From a bacterium (GTDB lineage Bacteria; SAR324; NAC60-12): a stretch of DNA of 64,000 nt. Positions 51,309-61,597 of this stretch are shown here, piece after piece. Position 1 is the stretch's first letter; each line of letters begins with the position of its first letter. Location: contig CBDBHR010000030.1 in the NCBI GenBank assembly GCA_965205865.1, forward strand, positions 1,191,866 through 1,255,865. Direction: 5' to 3'. A program made the translations under genes and the position numbers. The notes below the pieces were generated by a model. The model was given only the letters and a program-made list of their open reading frames with translations, had not been told where the DNA came from and ran no database searches.

Positions 51309-53066
51309 ATGACAGCGACCCAACTTTCCAAACAGAAAATCTGGAGTTTTCTTCCCTCTCCGGAACCCGATCTCTTACGGAAAGTGAGTGGAGAATTCCG
51401 CTTGTCTAAATTGGTCAGCAGCATTTTAGTCAGGCGGGGTTATTCGACGTCGGAGTCCATATACGCTTTTTTGCATCCTCAGCTTTCAAACTTGCGCAAT
51501 CCTTACTTGATGCGAGATATGCGAAAAGGCGTGGATTTATTGAAATGGGCAATTTTTGCGCAAAAACGCATTGTTATTCTGGGCGACTATGATGTTGATG
51601 GGATCACGGCGACCGCCATGTTGATGTTGTTTCTGAAATCTTGTGGATGCCGGAACATCGACTATTTCATTCCCAATCGCTTTGATCATGGATATGGTTT
51701 GACCCAAGCCAGCGCAGATGTTTTGCTGGAAATGCAACCGGATCTTGTAGTCACCGTAGATAATGGCATCACTGCCCTCCGCGAAATTCAAACCCTGCAA
51801 CAACGTGGTATCCGAACTTTGATAACCGATCATCATCTTGCGGATTCCAGCGGAACGGCGCTCTTTAGCGGACATCCCCCTCAAATCCCCGATGGAGTGG
51901 TAATCAACCCCAACCGACCGGATTGTGACTATCCTTTCAAGGGAATTTCAGGTTGCGGGGTTGCCTTGAAGCTTTTGACGGCATTGAGAAAGGATTTGCG
52001 AGATGCCAACTTTTGGACTCTTGAAAAACCACAACCCAATCTGAAAGCATACCTCGACTTGGCCGCTCTCGGCACCGTCGCCGACGTTGTTCCTTTAGTG
52101 GATGAAAATCGCATTTTGGCGCATTGTGGTATCCAGTGCATGAATGCGCAACCTCGCGTTGGCATTCAAGCGCTCTCTCGCTTGAAAAACATCAGGAGCG
52201 TCGATACTCAGACTCTCGCTTTCCAATTTGGTCCACTTTTAAATGCGGCAGGACGAATGTACAATGCCGCCATCGGAGTGAAATTGCTCTTGAGTGATGA
52301 TTTTAACGAAGCAGAGAAAATTGCAAGACAACTGGATCAAGCCAATCAGGAACGCCGTGAAACCGAAGCCCGAATGTTGGAAATTGCCACGGAACAAGCA
52401 CGAGTCCTCCAACATCAGCACGGTCTGGTGCTGCAATCATCTCAATTTCACGAAGGCATCAGTGGCATTGTGGCAGCAAGGATGGTTGAACAATTTTATA
52501 AACCAACGATTGTCTGCGCAAAAAATGGAAATTATTACAAATGCTCCGCGCGGTCCATTCCGGAACTCCATATCAAAAACGTTTTGAATCAGTGCGCTGA
52601 ACAACTAGAGAAATTTGGAGGTCATGCCGGAGCGGCTGGTTGTACCGTTCATGAGGAACAGTTTGAAACCTTTATTGAGAAATACGAATCGACTTGCAAA
52701 AAATTCCTGACGGTCGACGGACAGATTCAGATTCCGCAGCCTCGGCTGATGCTCGAAGGAGAACTGACTCTTGATGCCATTGATTGGCATCTGATTGATC
52801 AATTGGAATTGCTGCAACCTTTTGGCGCCGCCAATCCAACTCCTCTTTTTTCTATCCCAACCCCTCGGCAAGCGTTCCATACGTTGAAAGAAAAGCACCT
52901 CAAATGGGGCACGCGAGGAAAAGATATCATCGGGTGGAATTTAGCCGGACCTTTTTTAAACGCGCAGGCAATGAATCGAGTCCCTCAAAAACTTGCAGTC
53001 CTTCTTGGAGTCAATGTATTCCAAGGTCGGCGATCCATTCAACTGGTGATTCAAGATTATCAGTGA
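51309..53066 (+). CDS. recJ: Single-stranded-DNA-specific exonuclease RecJ
   Basis: DHH motifs (ILGDYDVDGITA, ITDHH) and DHHA1 (GGHAGAAG). Confidence 0.9.
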   Translation: MTATQLSKQKIWSFLPSPEPDLLRKVSGEFRLSKLVSSILVRRGYSTSESIYAFLHPQLSNLRNPYLMRDMRKGVDLLKWAIFAQKRIVILGDYDVDGITATAMLMLFLKSCGCRNIDYFIPNRFDHGYGLTQASADVLLEMQPDLVVTVDNGITALREIQTLQQRGIRTLITDHHLADSSGTALFSGHPPQIPDGVVINPNRPDCDYPFKGISGCGVALKLLTALRKDLRDANFWTLEKPQPNLKAYLDLAALGTVADVVPLVDENRILAHCGIQCMNAQPRVGIQALSRLKNIRSVDTQTLAFQFGPLLNAAGRMYNAAIGVKLLLSDDFNEAEKIARQLDQANQERRETEARMLEIATEQARVLQHQHGLVLQSSQFHEGISGIVAARMVEQFYKPTIVCAKNGNYYKCSARSIPELHIKNVLNQCAEQLEKFGGHAGAAGCTVHEEQFETFIEKYESTCKKFLTVDGQIQIPQPRLMLEGELTLDAIDWHLIDQLELLQPFGAANPTPLFSIPTPRQAFHTLKEKHLKWGTRGKDIIGWNLAGPFLNAQAMNRVPQKLAVLLGVNVFQGRRSIQLVIQDYQ

Positions 53067-53092
53067 AGAAGAAAAATGATTTTATTGCAGTC

Positions 53093-54133
53093 TCATTGTG
53101 ACGAAGACTCCATGGTCCGCTGAGAGATTTTTGCCAGCACGAGCACAAGAACAATCCCCACAATCATCAAAATCACCGCCAAGAGTAATTGGATATCAAA
53201 TTGTGCAGGCAAAATGTTTTGTTCTTCTAAAATATGGATTTCTCCATGAATGACTTTGCTTTCCAATATTTCCTTCCAGGGCCAGATTTTCCGCATGGCT
53301 CCAACCATAACCCCTGTCAACAACGCCATGGTGGCACTGCGATAATGACTCAAAAGGGATTTTAAAATTCGGGAAAACCCCACAATGCCAATCACACAAC
53401 CCAAGGCGAAGAGGAAAATCACCAGCATGTTGTCGAGATTGAAGGGGTTTTTGACGGCTCCCGTAACAAATTCATACTTTCCCAGAATCAATAAAAGGAA
53501 GGATCCACTCAAACCAGGCAAGACCATTGCGCAAATAACTATGATGCCACTGAAAACCAGAAACCACCAAGTTTCAGGAGTGGTGAGGGGAATCACGCCG
53601 ACGATGAAATAGGCGCTCAGTCCTCCTCCCCCGGCAAAAAGAATGGTGGTACCTTGCCAGGAATCGATTTCCTTACCGACTATGAAAATGGATGCGAGGA
53701 TCAATCCGAAGAACAAAGACCAGGTCAAAACCGCGTGGGTTGTGATCAAATAATGCATCAGCCTTGCAGTACTGACGATTGCGACACCAATTCCAAACAA
53801 AAGAGGCAGTAGGAAACGCAAATGAATTTCGGCCAAAGCGCTCTTCCATTCAAATCGAAGGAGACTCCTGACAAAGACCGGATTGATGGAAACAATTGCC
53901 CCTAACCATTGGGAATAAATTCCACTAATGAAAGCAATAGTGCCTCCGGAAACACCTGGAACGATATCCGCAGTTCCCATGCAAAATCCTTTCAGCATCA
54001 GTAGCTGAAAATCCTTCCGAGTACGGGGTCCCGGACTGAAAAGCCATGCTGCTTTCCAGCTGCTCGGTTGGGAACCGCTGCTTATTGAAGTTTTATTCGC
54101 GTTTGGTAAATCAGATGGAGTGGGTACTTCCAT
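53093..54133 (-). CDS. DUF368-family integral membrane protein (N-terminal ~45 aa of the ORF may not be translated)
   Basis: ADIVPGVSGGTIAF motif and 8+ TM helices. Confidence 0.65.
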   Translation of the reverse strand: MEVPTPSDLPNANKTSISSGSQPSSWKAAWLFSPGPRTRKDFQLLMLKGFCMGTADIVPGVSGGTIAFISGIYSQWLGAIVSINPVFVRSLLRFEWKSALAEIHLRFLLPLLFGIGVAIVSTARLMHYLITTHAVLTWSLFFGLILASIFIVGKEIDSWQGTTILFAGGGGLSAYFIVGVIPLTTPETWWFLVFSGIIVICAMVLPGLSGSFLLLILGKYEFVTGAVKNPFNLDNMLVIFLFALGCVIGIVGFSRILKSLLSHYRSATMALLTGVMVGAMRKIWPWKEILESKVIHGEIHILEEQNILPAQFDIQLLLAVILMIVGIVLVLVLAKISQRTMESSSQ

Positions 54134-54205
54134 AGCAAAATAGGAGAGGGCGCTTTTTCAGTCATCAAGGAGGAAAGTGATTTATATTGAATGCCAGGAA
54201 ATAGA

Positions 54206-54649
54206 TCAAACTAAAAAGCTGTCGTCACTCTCCTTTACAAAAAAATGATCGACATAGGCTTCATATATTCTCTGATTAAAATTTTTATAAAATGTTTTAT
54301 CATCAAACTGTTCCAGACATATCGTACAATATTGCCTCAATTTTAAAACCGACCCTGCCTCGTTCCTGACAAACTGATTGACAAATACTTGCACCTCCCA
54401 CGAAAACGTTTGCAGCGACATTTCAAAAAGGAAGCAATCTTCGGCATGTTCAATCAACAATTCCGTCGCAACGTGATCAATCAGTGCGAAAAAATCCCTT
54501 CCCAGCACATTCAAAGATGTGATTTCTTGACGAGTGAGTTTTTCTGCTAAATTCTGATAGAATGTCCGGTAGTGGAAATCCTTGGTTTGTAGTTGTTGGA
54601 CTAAAACGTCTTTTTGCATAATTCGTTGATTGAGTTGTCTTTTTTCCAC
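54206..54649 (-). CDS. Hypothetical protein
   Basis: 147-aa ORF in a compositionally normal region; no motif recognised. Confidence 0.35.
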   Translation of the reverse strand: MEKRQLNQRIMQKDVLVQQLQTKDFHYRTFYQNLAEKLTRQEITSLNVLGRDFFALIDHVATELLIEHAEDCFLFEMSLQTFSWEVQVFVNQFVRNEAGSVLKLRQYCTICLEQFDDKTFYKNFNQRIYEAYVDHFFVKESDDSFLV

Positions 54650-54684
54650 ATTTCAATAAAATATCAGCAAAATATGCAAGAATC

Positions 54685-56112
54685 ATGACAAATGCGGAAG
54701 ACAACATTCTGATGACAACCATTGCTGATGAGATATTGAGAGAAGCGCTGCGTCGCAAAGGCATTGGACCGAAAGGAAGTAAAAAGCTACCCGCTTCGAT
54801 GTTGCAACAAGTCCTCCCTATGCTTTCGGAAGCAGAAACCAACCGAACCACCGCGGCTGCTTTCTGGACAGCCTGTTTGTTGTTGGATAATTCTGATGAA
54901 GAAGAACAATACATCGCTCCCGTCAAACAACAACCAGGTCGATTTCTTTTACCGGAATTGCAGGCATTGACTACCCTAACAACGGATCGGAAATTTTCCG
55001 CCGAATTTTTAGCGATCATTCGTAAGTTGATTGAAAGGCGCGATCTGTCCGTTGCGGAAGCGCAAAATGCCATGGAATATTTTTGGAAAGATAGTGTTCC
55101 GGAATGGATGAAAGGGGCTTTCCTGCAAGCAGAGAGGATCAAACGGGAAAGTTTCGAGGAAAATATTGTATTTTTTGATTCCCTTTGGGTCCAAGGACAA
55201 CGCATCGAAGTGGATCTGCCCACTTTAGTGGATTTATGTGATAGTTATGATGGCACCAATCGCAGTTACCATTTGACCCCTTTTGTCGCGGCGCTGCTTG
55301 GCGCATCAGGGGTTCCCACCGTATTGCATGGCATTGAATCACTGGGTCCCAAATACGGCATCACTACGGCCCAAATTCTTCGCCAGGCCGGTAAATCCAC
55401 AACGCACTCTTTGCGGCAAGCCAAAGAAAACCTGCTCAATCCGGATATTCATTGGTGTTACGTTGATCAATCCGTCTCCTTTCCGCAATTGTTTGCCATG
55501 CGCCGATTGCGTCATGATATGGTCAAACGTCCTTTTTTGGCGACTTTTGATAAATTGCTGCAACCCATTCACAATCGAAGGGGCAACATTGTCATTACCG
55601 GCTATGTCCATGCCCATTACCGAAGCGAGATCATCAAACTCCTGAGCCTGCGCAATCAGAACCACATGGCTTTCAACTTAAGGACCATTGAAGGGTCCAC
55701 AAACTGCTGGGGGAAAAAACCCACTCCTTATATTGGTTTCCATCGAGGGGCCAACAATCTGAATTTGGGAGGAATGCAACTCCCCTGTTCAATGAATCCG
55801 GAACTTCCGGTTGCAGAGTTCCTCACTACAGAGGGGAATCATCTCGTAGAAGGAGAACTGTTGCCTGAAGATTTTGGCATTCACCGTGAGGATCATCGCT
55901 TGATCAAAGGGATTACGGCTTTGCAAACGGCTCGAGGCGGGCTCTCGGCTTTGCAAGGGGAACGCGGATTGATCCACGATTTACTGATCTATCAAGCCGC
56001 CGCATTTCTGTGGCTCAGTCGCGTGGCGCCCGGTAAAAGAGAGGCTGCTGAACAAGCTCGAGAGACTCTTCAATCAAAAAAAGCCTGGAGGCATTGGCAA
56101 AAACAAATCTGA
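54685..56112 (+). CDS. TrpD-like protein (glycosyl transferase family 3 / anthranilate phosphoribosyltransferase-like), divergent
   Basis: N-terminal helical Glycos_trans_3N-like segment, and CDSYDGTNRSYHLTPFVAALLGASGVPTVLHG resembling the TrpD GTGGD...KHGNR core. Confidence 0.55.
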   Translation: MTNAEDNILMTTIADEILREALRRKGIGPKGSKKLPASMLQQVLPMLSEAETNRTTAAAFWTACLLLDNSDEEEQYIAPVKQQPGRFLLPELQALTTLTTDRKFSAEFLAIIRKLIERRDLSVAEAQNAMEYFWKDSVPEWMKGAFLQAERIKRESFEENIVFFDSLWVQGQRIEVDLPTLVDLCDSYDGTNRSYHLTPFVAALLGASGVPTVLHGIESLGPKYGITTAQILRQAGKSTTHSLRQAKENLLNPDIHWCYVDQSVSFPQLFAMRRLRHDMVKRPFLATFDKLLQPIHNRRGNIVITGYVHAHYRSEIIKLLSLRNQNHMAFNLRTIEGSTNCWGKKPTPYIGFHRGANNLNLGGMQLPCSMNPELPVAEFLTTEGNHLVEGELLPEDFGIHREDHRLIKGITALQTARGGLSALQGERGLIHDLLIYQAAAFLWLSRVAPGKREAAEQARETLQSKKAWRHWQKQI

Positions 56113-56188
56113 ATTTCACCTCTGTTTTATTTTTTTTACCACCTGACCGCTAGAAAATTCTCTGGTCTGAATAAAAGAAAAATATATT

Positions 56189-57436
56189 ATGTCTACTGCT
56201 CAAAAAGAATTATACGAACTCGGAGAAATGCCGGAACCGGGAATGGTTCCACAGAAAATGCATGCCTTCCTGGTACGTCAGGATCGCTTTGGTGAACCTC
56301 GCAATGCCTGGAAAAGGGAAATCATCCCCACTCCCGAAATTGGCCCGAAAGACGTCCTGGTTTATGTGATGGCCAGCGGCATTAACTACAATAACGTTTG
56401 GGCTGCTTTGGGTTATCCGCTCGACGTGATTGCAGATCGTCAGAAAAAAGGGGAGTCCGAAGATTTCCATGCTGGCGGCAGCGACTGTTCCGGGATTGTC
56501 TGGAAAGTAGGGAATGCGGTGAAAGACTGGAAAGTGGGGGATGAAGTGGTCGTTCACAGTGGTTGGTGGAAACCGGACGATCCCTGGGTGCTTTCAGGAA
56601 AAGATCCGATGCTTGCTTCCAGTACTCGAATTTGGGGTTATCAGACCAACTATGGCAGTTATTGTCAATTTGCCCGGGCGCAATCCCATCAATTGCAACC
56701 GAGGCCCCGGCATCTCACCTGGGAAGCCTCGGGTTGCTATATGTTGTGCGCATCCACGGCATACCGCATGCTGATGGGATGGGAATCTCATATCGTCGAG
56801 AAGGACGACGTGGTTCTGGTCTGGGGAGCTGCCGGAGGACTCGGCAGTTTGGCATTACAAATCACCGCTGCTCACGGAGGGAAACCGGTTGCAGTGATTT
56901 CTGATGAAGACAAACGACAATACTGTTTGAACCATGGCGCTGTAGGAGTGATCAACCGCAAGGACTTTGACCATTGGGGTCCCATGCCTGACACGACGAC
57001 AGCGGAATATAATCCTTGGATTAAAGCGGCGCGTTCTTTCGGCAAAGCAATTTGGCAAATCCTGGGAGAGCGTAAAAATCCCCGCATTGTCTTTGAGCAT
57101 CCTGGAGAATCCACCTTACCCACTTCTGGCTTTGTATGTGACACGGGTGGTATGATTGTGATTTGCGCAGGAACCAGCGGATACAACATCACTATGGATT
57201 TACGTTACCATTGGATGATGCAGAAACGCTTCCAGGGCAGTCACCTTTCCAATGATGAGCAGGCTGCCGCCGTAAACCGGCTTATTGCTGATAAAAAAGT
57301 GGATCCCTGCTTATCCGAGACCTTGACTTTCGACCAAATTGGCTATGCCCATCAGATGATGCATGAAAACAAACACCCCTATGGCAATATGGCCTGCCTG
57401 GTCAACGCCACGGAGAAAGGGCAGGGCGCTTCTTGA
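56189..57436 (+). CDS. ccr: Crotonyl-CoA carboxylase/reductase family enoyl reductase (MDR superfamily)
   Basis: LYELGEMPEPGMVP...SGINYNNVWA...AGGSDCSGIV...VWGAAGGLGSLA: a CCR-family pattern. Confidence 0.75.
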   Translation: MSTAQKELYELGEMPEPGMVPQKMHAFLVRQDRFGEPRNAWKREIIPTPEIGPKDVLVYVMASGINYNNVWAALGYPLDVIADRQKKGESEDFHAGGSDCSGIVWKVGNAVKDWKVGDEVVVHSGWWKPDDPWVLSGKDPMLASSTRIWGYQTNYGSYCQFARAQSHQLQPRPRHLTWEASGCYMLCASTAYRMLMGWESHIVEKDDVVLVWGAAGGLGSLALQITAAHGGKPVAVISDEDKRQYCLNHGAVGVINRKDFDHWGPMPDTTTAEYNPWIKAARSFGKAIWQILGERKNPRIVFEHPGESTLPTSGFVCDTGGMIVICAGTSGYNITMDLRYHWMMQKRFQGSHLSNDEQAAAVNRLIADKKVDPCLSETLTFDQIGYAHQMMHENKHPYGNMACLVNATEKGQGAS

Positions 57437-57723
57437 TGATAAAAATCAATCACTGTAACGATTCGGGATTCTTCGGAGACTCCTTCGATTTGAGCACGCA
57501 TTTTGCGTCATGAAATAGAGAAAGGATTTTATGTTTTGGGTGGTATTCAGGATACAGATCTTATGGAGGATGGGAGAACAGATGCTCTTTCTGTTTGACC
57601 TAGTCCAGTTGTTTCTCCAGGTAGTAACTGATGTTACGTGCACGATTTTTGCAGTTATGCGTCTCATCGAGTTGTCATTCCTGGCGAAGACCAGGAATCC
57701 ACTTTGCTAGCGATCCAGGGTGA

Positions 57724-58008
57724 CTAAAACGTTTCATATAAATCTATCCATTGAGGATTATTTTTCTCAATGAGTTCGATTTTCCAAGCTCGTTTCCATT
57801 TCTTACGTTGTTTTTCTCTCCGGAGAGCAGCTGTTACCTCTGAAGTGGTCTCATGGTATATCAATTGATGTACTTGGTATTTACTGGTAAATCCTTCTAT
57901 GAGATTGTTTTTATGTTCATAAACTCTTCTAAGAAGATCATTGGTCACTCCAATATATAAAGTGCCAATTCTTTTACTTGCTAAGATATAAACGTAGTAG
58001 GTTTTCAT
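57724..58008 (-). CDS. GIY-YIG nuclease-domain small protein
   Basis: YYVYILASKRIGTLYIGVTNDLLRRVYEHK is a GIY-YIG motif; ~95 aa. Flanked by inverted copies of gtcattcctggcgaagaccaggaatcc (57676-57706 and 58018-58050). Confidence 0.75.
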   Translation of the reverse strand: MKTYYVYILASKRIGTLYIGVTNDLLRRVYEHKNNLIEGFTSKYQVHQLIYHETTSEVTAALRREKQRKKWKRAWKIELIEKNNPQWIDLYETF

Positions 58009-58329
58009 GATGGCGACTCCTGGATTCCTGGTCTTCGCCAGGAATGACACACTTGTGGGGAAGCGTATTCATGGAAACCGCTGAATGCAAAAAATATTCA
58101 TGTAACATGACGTCTCGACTTTGAACATTTTATCCAACTTTTGGGTTTAATAAAATCAATGTCTTACGAATCTGTATTGGAATTAATACAGGTCGTATCA
58201 TCAAAAATGGAAAACAGTAACCTGTATTAATTTTTTACAGAATTTCAACCAATTGATATTATTGAATAATGAAAATTAAAAGAATAAAGAATCCACCTTC
58301 TTAGAAGGTGGTTTTGATGGGCCCCTGGA

Positions 58330-58500
58330 AGGGGCGGCTCGTGATCGTACTCGTGAGCCGTGCTCGTGAACGAAACGGCATCCCAGAGAATCCAGGATTC
58401 CCTGCCGTCTCTTCTATTCGTAATCCCCATCTCAAGGGAATCGGGAACGTTTCTATCGAGCACGTGCACGAGCACGATTACGAACACGAGCACGTTTCTG
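58330..58500. repeat. Imperfect long inverted repeat (~40-bp arms around a ~70-bp spacer)
   Basis: ctcgtgatcgtactcgtgagccgtgctcgtgaacgaaacg ... cgtttctatcgagcacgtgcacgagcacgattacgaacacgag. Confidence 0.4.
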
Positions 58501-59055
58501 GCAGAGCCGATTATCTCTGACCACGCCCAAAGGACGTGGTTTCATCAGATAAAATAAATCGAATGTCCAAAGTCCAGGAGGGGGAATAAAGTTGTTGTTT
58601 TTTTCTGAGGGTTAAAGAATTTCTGCTGGTCTTTTGCTTTCTCTTGTGATAGTTCTCGAGAAATCGTCTTTGGCTGAAGGTTTTATTTCAATTTCGCTCA
58701 TATTTATTTAGCCGAAAGTCATGTAAAACATCATATCCTCACCAGAGGATTTTTAGAAACTGTCAACGGGGAATTGAAAAGTGCCAAAAATGTTGACTTC
58801 CGTATTTCTATATGAAAAAGTATTTTCGTTGATCATAAGAATACACTCATGAATGAATGAGTCGCCATATTTAAAAAAATCTTGATACGTTTGCAGAGCG
58901 ATTATAATATTTTATTCCAGGGACGGAAAAGCAATAATGAGATCCTTCGCTTTGCCGCTCGGCGTACCGTCAGGATGACATGAAAGTCTGAAATTAACCC
59001 GTTTCAAGTATAAAAAATCTTGATAATGAGGTGGATATGAGAGTAAACTCAAAAA

Positions 59056-59123
59056 CCAGTTCCCAGTTCCCAGTTCCCAGTTCCCAGTTCCCAGTTCCCA
59101 GTTCCCAGTTCCCAGTTCCCAGT
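59056..59123. repeat. Microsatellite (CCAGTTCC)x8.5
   Basis: Perfect 8-bp tandem repeat read directly from the sequence; degenerate gttccc copies continue to about 59230. Confidence 0.9.
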
Positions 59124-59365
59124 AATAAGTTCCGAGCACCAAGCTCCCAATCACAAGTTCTACCTCCTTATATTATCTCGACTTCAGGGAGAGATCCCTA
59201 AGATTCCTCGTTCCCAATTCCCCGTTCCGGGAACGGAACGGCAATGGGGAATTTGGAAAATCATCGACGCCTGAGTGCGTCGGTTTATGGTTCATTGCCC
59301 AATCCTGGAGCCAATGAATCGGTTTTTTGATCACTTGAAAATGAAGGAGACCCAATGTGTAGAGC

Positions 59366-59525
59366 AATCGTCGAGAACATGCTTTCTGGAACGAAAGCAG
59401 GTTTTAAAGCAACCCGCAATCTTGTTTTTAATCAAAAAGCAAAAAGGAGCACCATGAACCGTCAAAAAAGTAGAGAAATCGTCGAGAACGTGCTTTCGGG
59501 AATCAAAGCAGGTTTTAAATCAATC
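59366..59525 (+). repeat. Duplicated ~47-bp hairpin-containing segment in the leader of SBP-3
   Basis: aatcgtcgagaacatgctttctggaacgaaagcaggttttaaagcaa and aatcgtcgagaacgtgctttcgggaatcaaagcaggttttaaatcaa, 111 bp apart; each carries a tgctttc/gaaagca stem. Confidence 0.6.
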
Positions 59526-59558
59526 CTTAATTATGAACATCCATTCGAAAGGAAAAAG

Positions 59559-61328
59559 ATGTTTAATCAAAGAAGCAGCTCAAAATTGAGCGCAACCCTG
59601 CTGGCTCTCATCCTGGGAGCAAGCGTCTTCATGGCTGGCCAGGTCTGGGCAGCCAAGTATGTGACGGACCCCACCAACGGCAAGATAGTGACCGCTCCGG
59701 AATACGGCGGGACATTCACCTATGCCATGAATAACGAACCTACCGCAGTTGACGTCTGGTTCCACCACGGGGCGGTACCTGTCATCAGTGGTGTTTTAGA
59801 GAAGCTAGGCACCGTGAACTGGGGAATAGATAGGGCCGAATATAACTTCGTGGGTCTGGTCCAGCCTGAATTTGCCACGACAGGGCAGCTGGCGGAAAGC
59901 TGGGAGATGCCCGACGACAGAACCATTGTCGTCAAAGTCCGCCAAGGCGTTCACTGGCATAATAAGGCACCGATGATCGGTCGGGAGCTGACTGCCAAGG
60001 ATATCGAATACAACTTTCACCGCTTGATGGGTCTGGGCAAGTTTGCCGAAGCCGGACCTACCAACATTACCCAGGTTCTCAGAACTGTGTCATTCGAATC
60101 GATAACGGCCACCGACAAATGGACGGTTGTTTTTAAGCTGAAGAAGCCACACCTCGGTGCGCTGATGGGTATCCTCGAGGACTGGATTGCTTATATGTAC
60201 CCCCCCGAGGTATTCGAGCAATACGGCGACGCTCAGGATTGGAGGAACCTGGTCGGTACCGGGCCCTTTATGCTGACTGACTGGGTCGAGGGCAGCTCTA
60301 TGACCTGGGACAAGAATCCTGACTACTGGGGCTACGACGAAAAATACTCGCAGAACCGGCTGCCCTATGTTGACCAGATAAGGGCCCTGACTATGCCCGA
60401 AGTGGCAACACAACGGGCGGGACTGCGCTCGGGTAAGCTTGATGGCTTGTATGGCGGGACTGCGATAAAGTCTGTCGACGCGGCAGAGAGCCTTGAGCGG
60501 GCCAACCCCGAAATCAAGCTGTGGAAGAGGGTCACTGCTTCGGTCTTTAGTACTGGTCTTAACATCAATAAGCCGCCCTTTAACGACATCAGGGTGCGCA
60601 AGGCAATGCAGATGGCACTGGACCTTGAGACAATTAACAGTGCCTTCTTTAAGGGTCATGGAGATACGACACCTCACGGGCAGGTAGGGGATGCTGTCCC
60701 CGGGTATTTCATCCCATTTGAAGAGTGGCCCGCCGAGCTCAAGAAAGTCTATGACTATAACCCGGAAGGGGCAGAAGCCTTGATTGATGCGGCTGGGTAT
60801 CCGCGCGGCGCCGACGGCATTAGATTCAAGACCAAGTTGATGCACAACGTGCACAAGGATTTGAACTATTACCAATTACTCGCTGCATACTGGAATAAGA
60901 TTGGCATTGACGTTGAGATTGATTTTCCGCCTATTGCTACCTGGGTGGCTAGAAGAACCTCTCGGGATTTCGAAATGATCGAACACGAAATGGCCTATGG
61001 GAGTCTGTCTGATCCTCTCAATCCTGTGAACCGCTTTACCAACGTTCCGTGGAACAGCGCCGCAGTGGAGGACCCGGTTTATGACGCCATGTTTGAAGCC
61101 GCCGGAGCCGCTACCACCATCGAGGAGCTGCAGAGGCTGGTTAAAGAGCTGGATATGTACGCGATAGAGAGGCACTGGACCGTATGGAGTCCTATGAATC
61201 CAAATTTTGACGCCTTCCAGCCGTGGATCAAAGGTTACGACGGTGAATTCACGTTGTCATACATTCATAGACATTTCGTCCTCGCCCGCCTCTGGATTGA
61301 CCAGGAACTGAAGGACAGGACCCAGTAA
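59559..61328 (+). CDS. ABC transporter substrate-binding protein, family 5 (cluster 3); start taken at MFNQ
   Basis: Signal peptide; EYGGTF, KAMQMA and WIDQELK signature; ~60% GC. Confidence 0.8.
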   Translation: MFNQRSSSKLSATLLALILGASVFMAGQVWAAKYVTDPTNGKIVTAPEYGGTFTYAMNNEPTAVDVWFHHGAVPVISGVLEKLGTVNWGIDRAEYNFVGLVQPEFATTGQLAESWEMPDDRTIVVKVRQGVHWHNKAPMIGRELTAKDIEYNFHRLMGLGKFAEAGPTNITQVLRTVSFESITATDKWTVVFKLKKPHLGALMGILEDWIAYMYPPEVFEQYGDAQDWRNLVGTGPFMLTDWVEGSSMTWDKNPDYWGYDEKYSQNRLPYVDQIRALTMPEVATQRAGLRSGKLDGLYGGTAIKSVDAAESLERANPEIKLWKRVTASVFSTGLNINKPPFNDIRVRKAMQMALDLETINSAFFKGHGDTTPHGQVGDAVPGYFIPFEEWPAELKKVYDYNPEGAEALIDAAGYPRGADGIRFKTKLMHNVHKDLNYYQLLAAYWNKIGIDVEIDFPPIATWVARRTSRDFEMIEHEMAYGSLSDPLNPVNRFTNVPWNSAAVEDPVYDAMFEAAGAATTIEELQRLVKELDMYAIERHWTVWSPMNPNFDAFQPWIKGYDGEFTLSYIHRHFVLARLWIDQELKDRTQ

Positions 61329-61597
61329 CAGGCCGACTGGAAGTACTTATGGACCGGGCAGTACTGCCCGGTCCACTCTAGTACTGCTGTCAGAAAATGG
61401 TTTGACCTTCTGTTAAGGTAATAATGAGTCCTGTTTGTCATTCCGGGCGAAGACCCGGAATCCGGGGGACTTACCCTAGAACTCCCAGATCCCGGATCAA
61501 GTCCGGGATGACACAGAATGGGTCAATCACTTCGTAACGCCTGTACCAGGATACACCGCGTTTCCCTGCCAATTTCAAAAATGATGAGGTCCGTCCC

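Noticed and set aside
54477-55223. 248-aa minus-strand ORF
   Set aside because: Overlaps the plus-strand TrpD-like gene in antisense, with an unconvincing composition.
59056-59154. 80-aa ORF translating the microsatellite (WELGTGN repeats)
   Set aside because: The reading frame is an artefact of the 8-bp tandem repeat; there is no start context.
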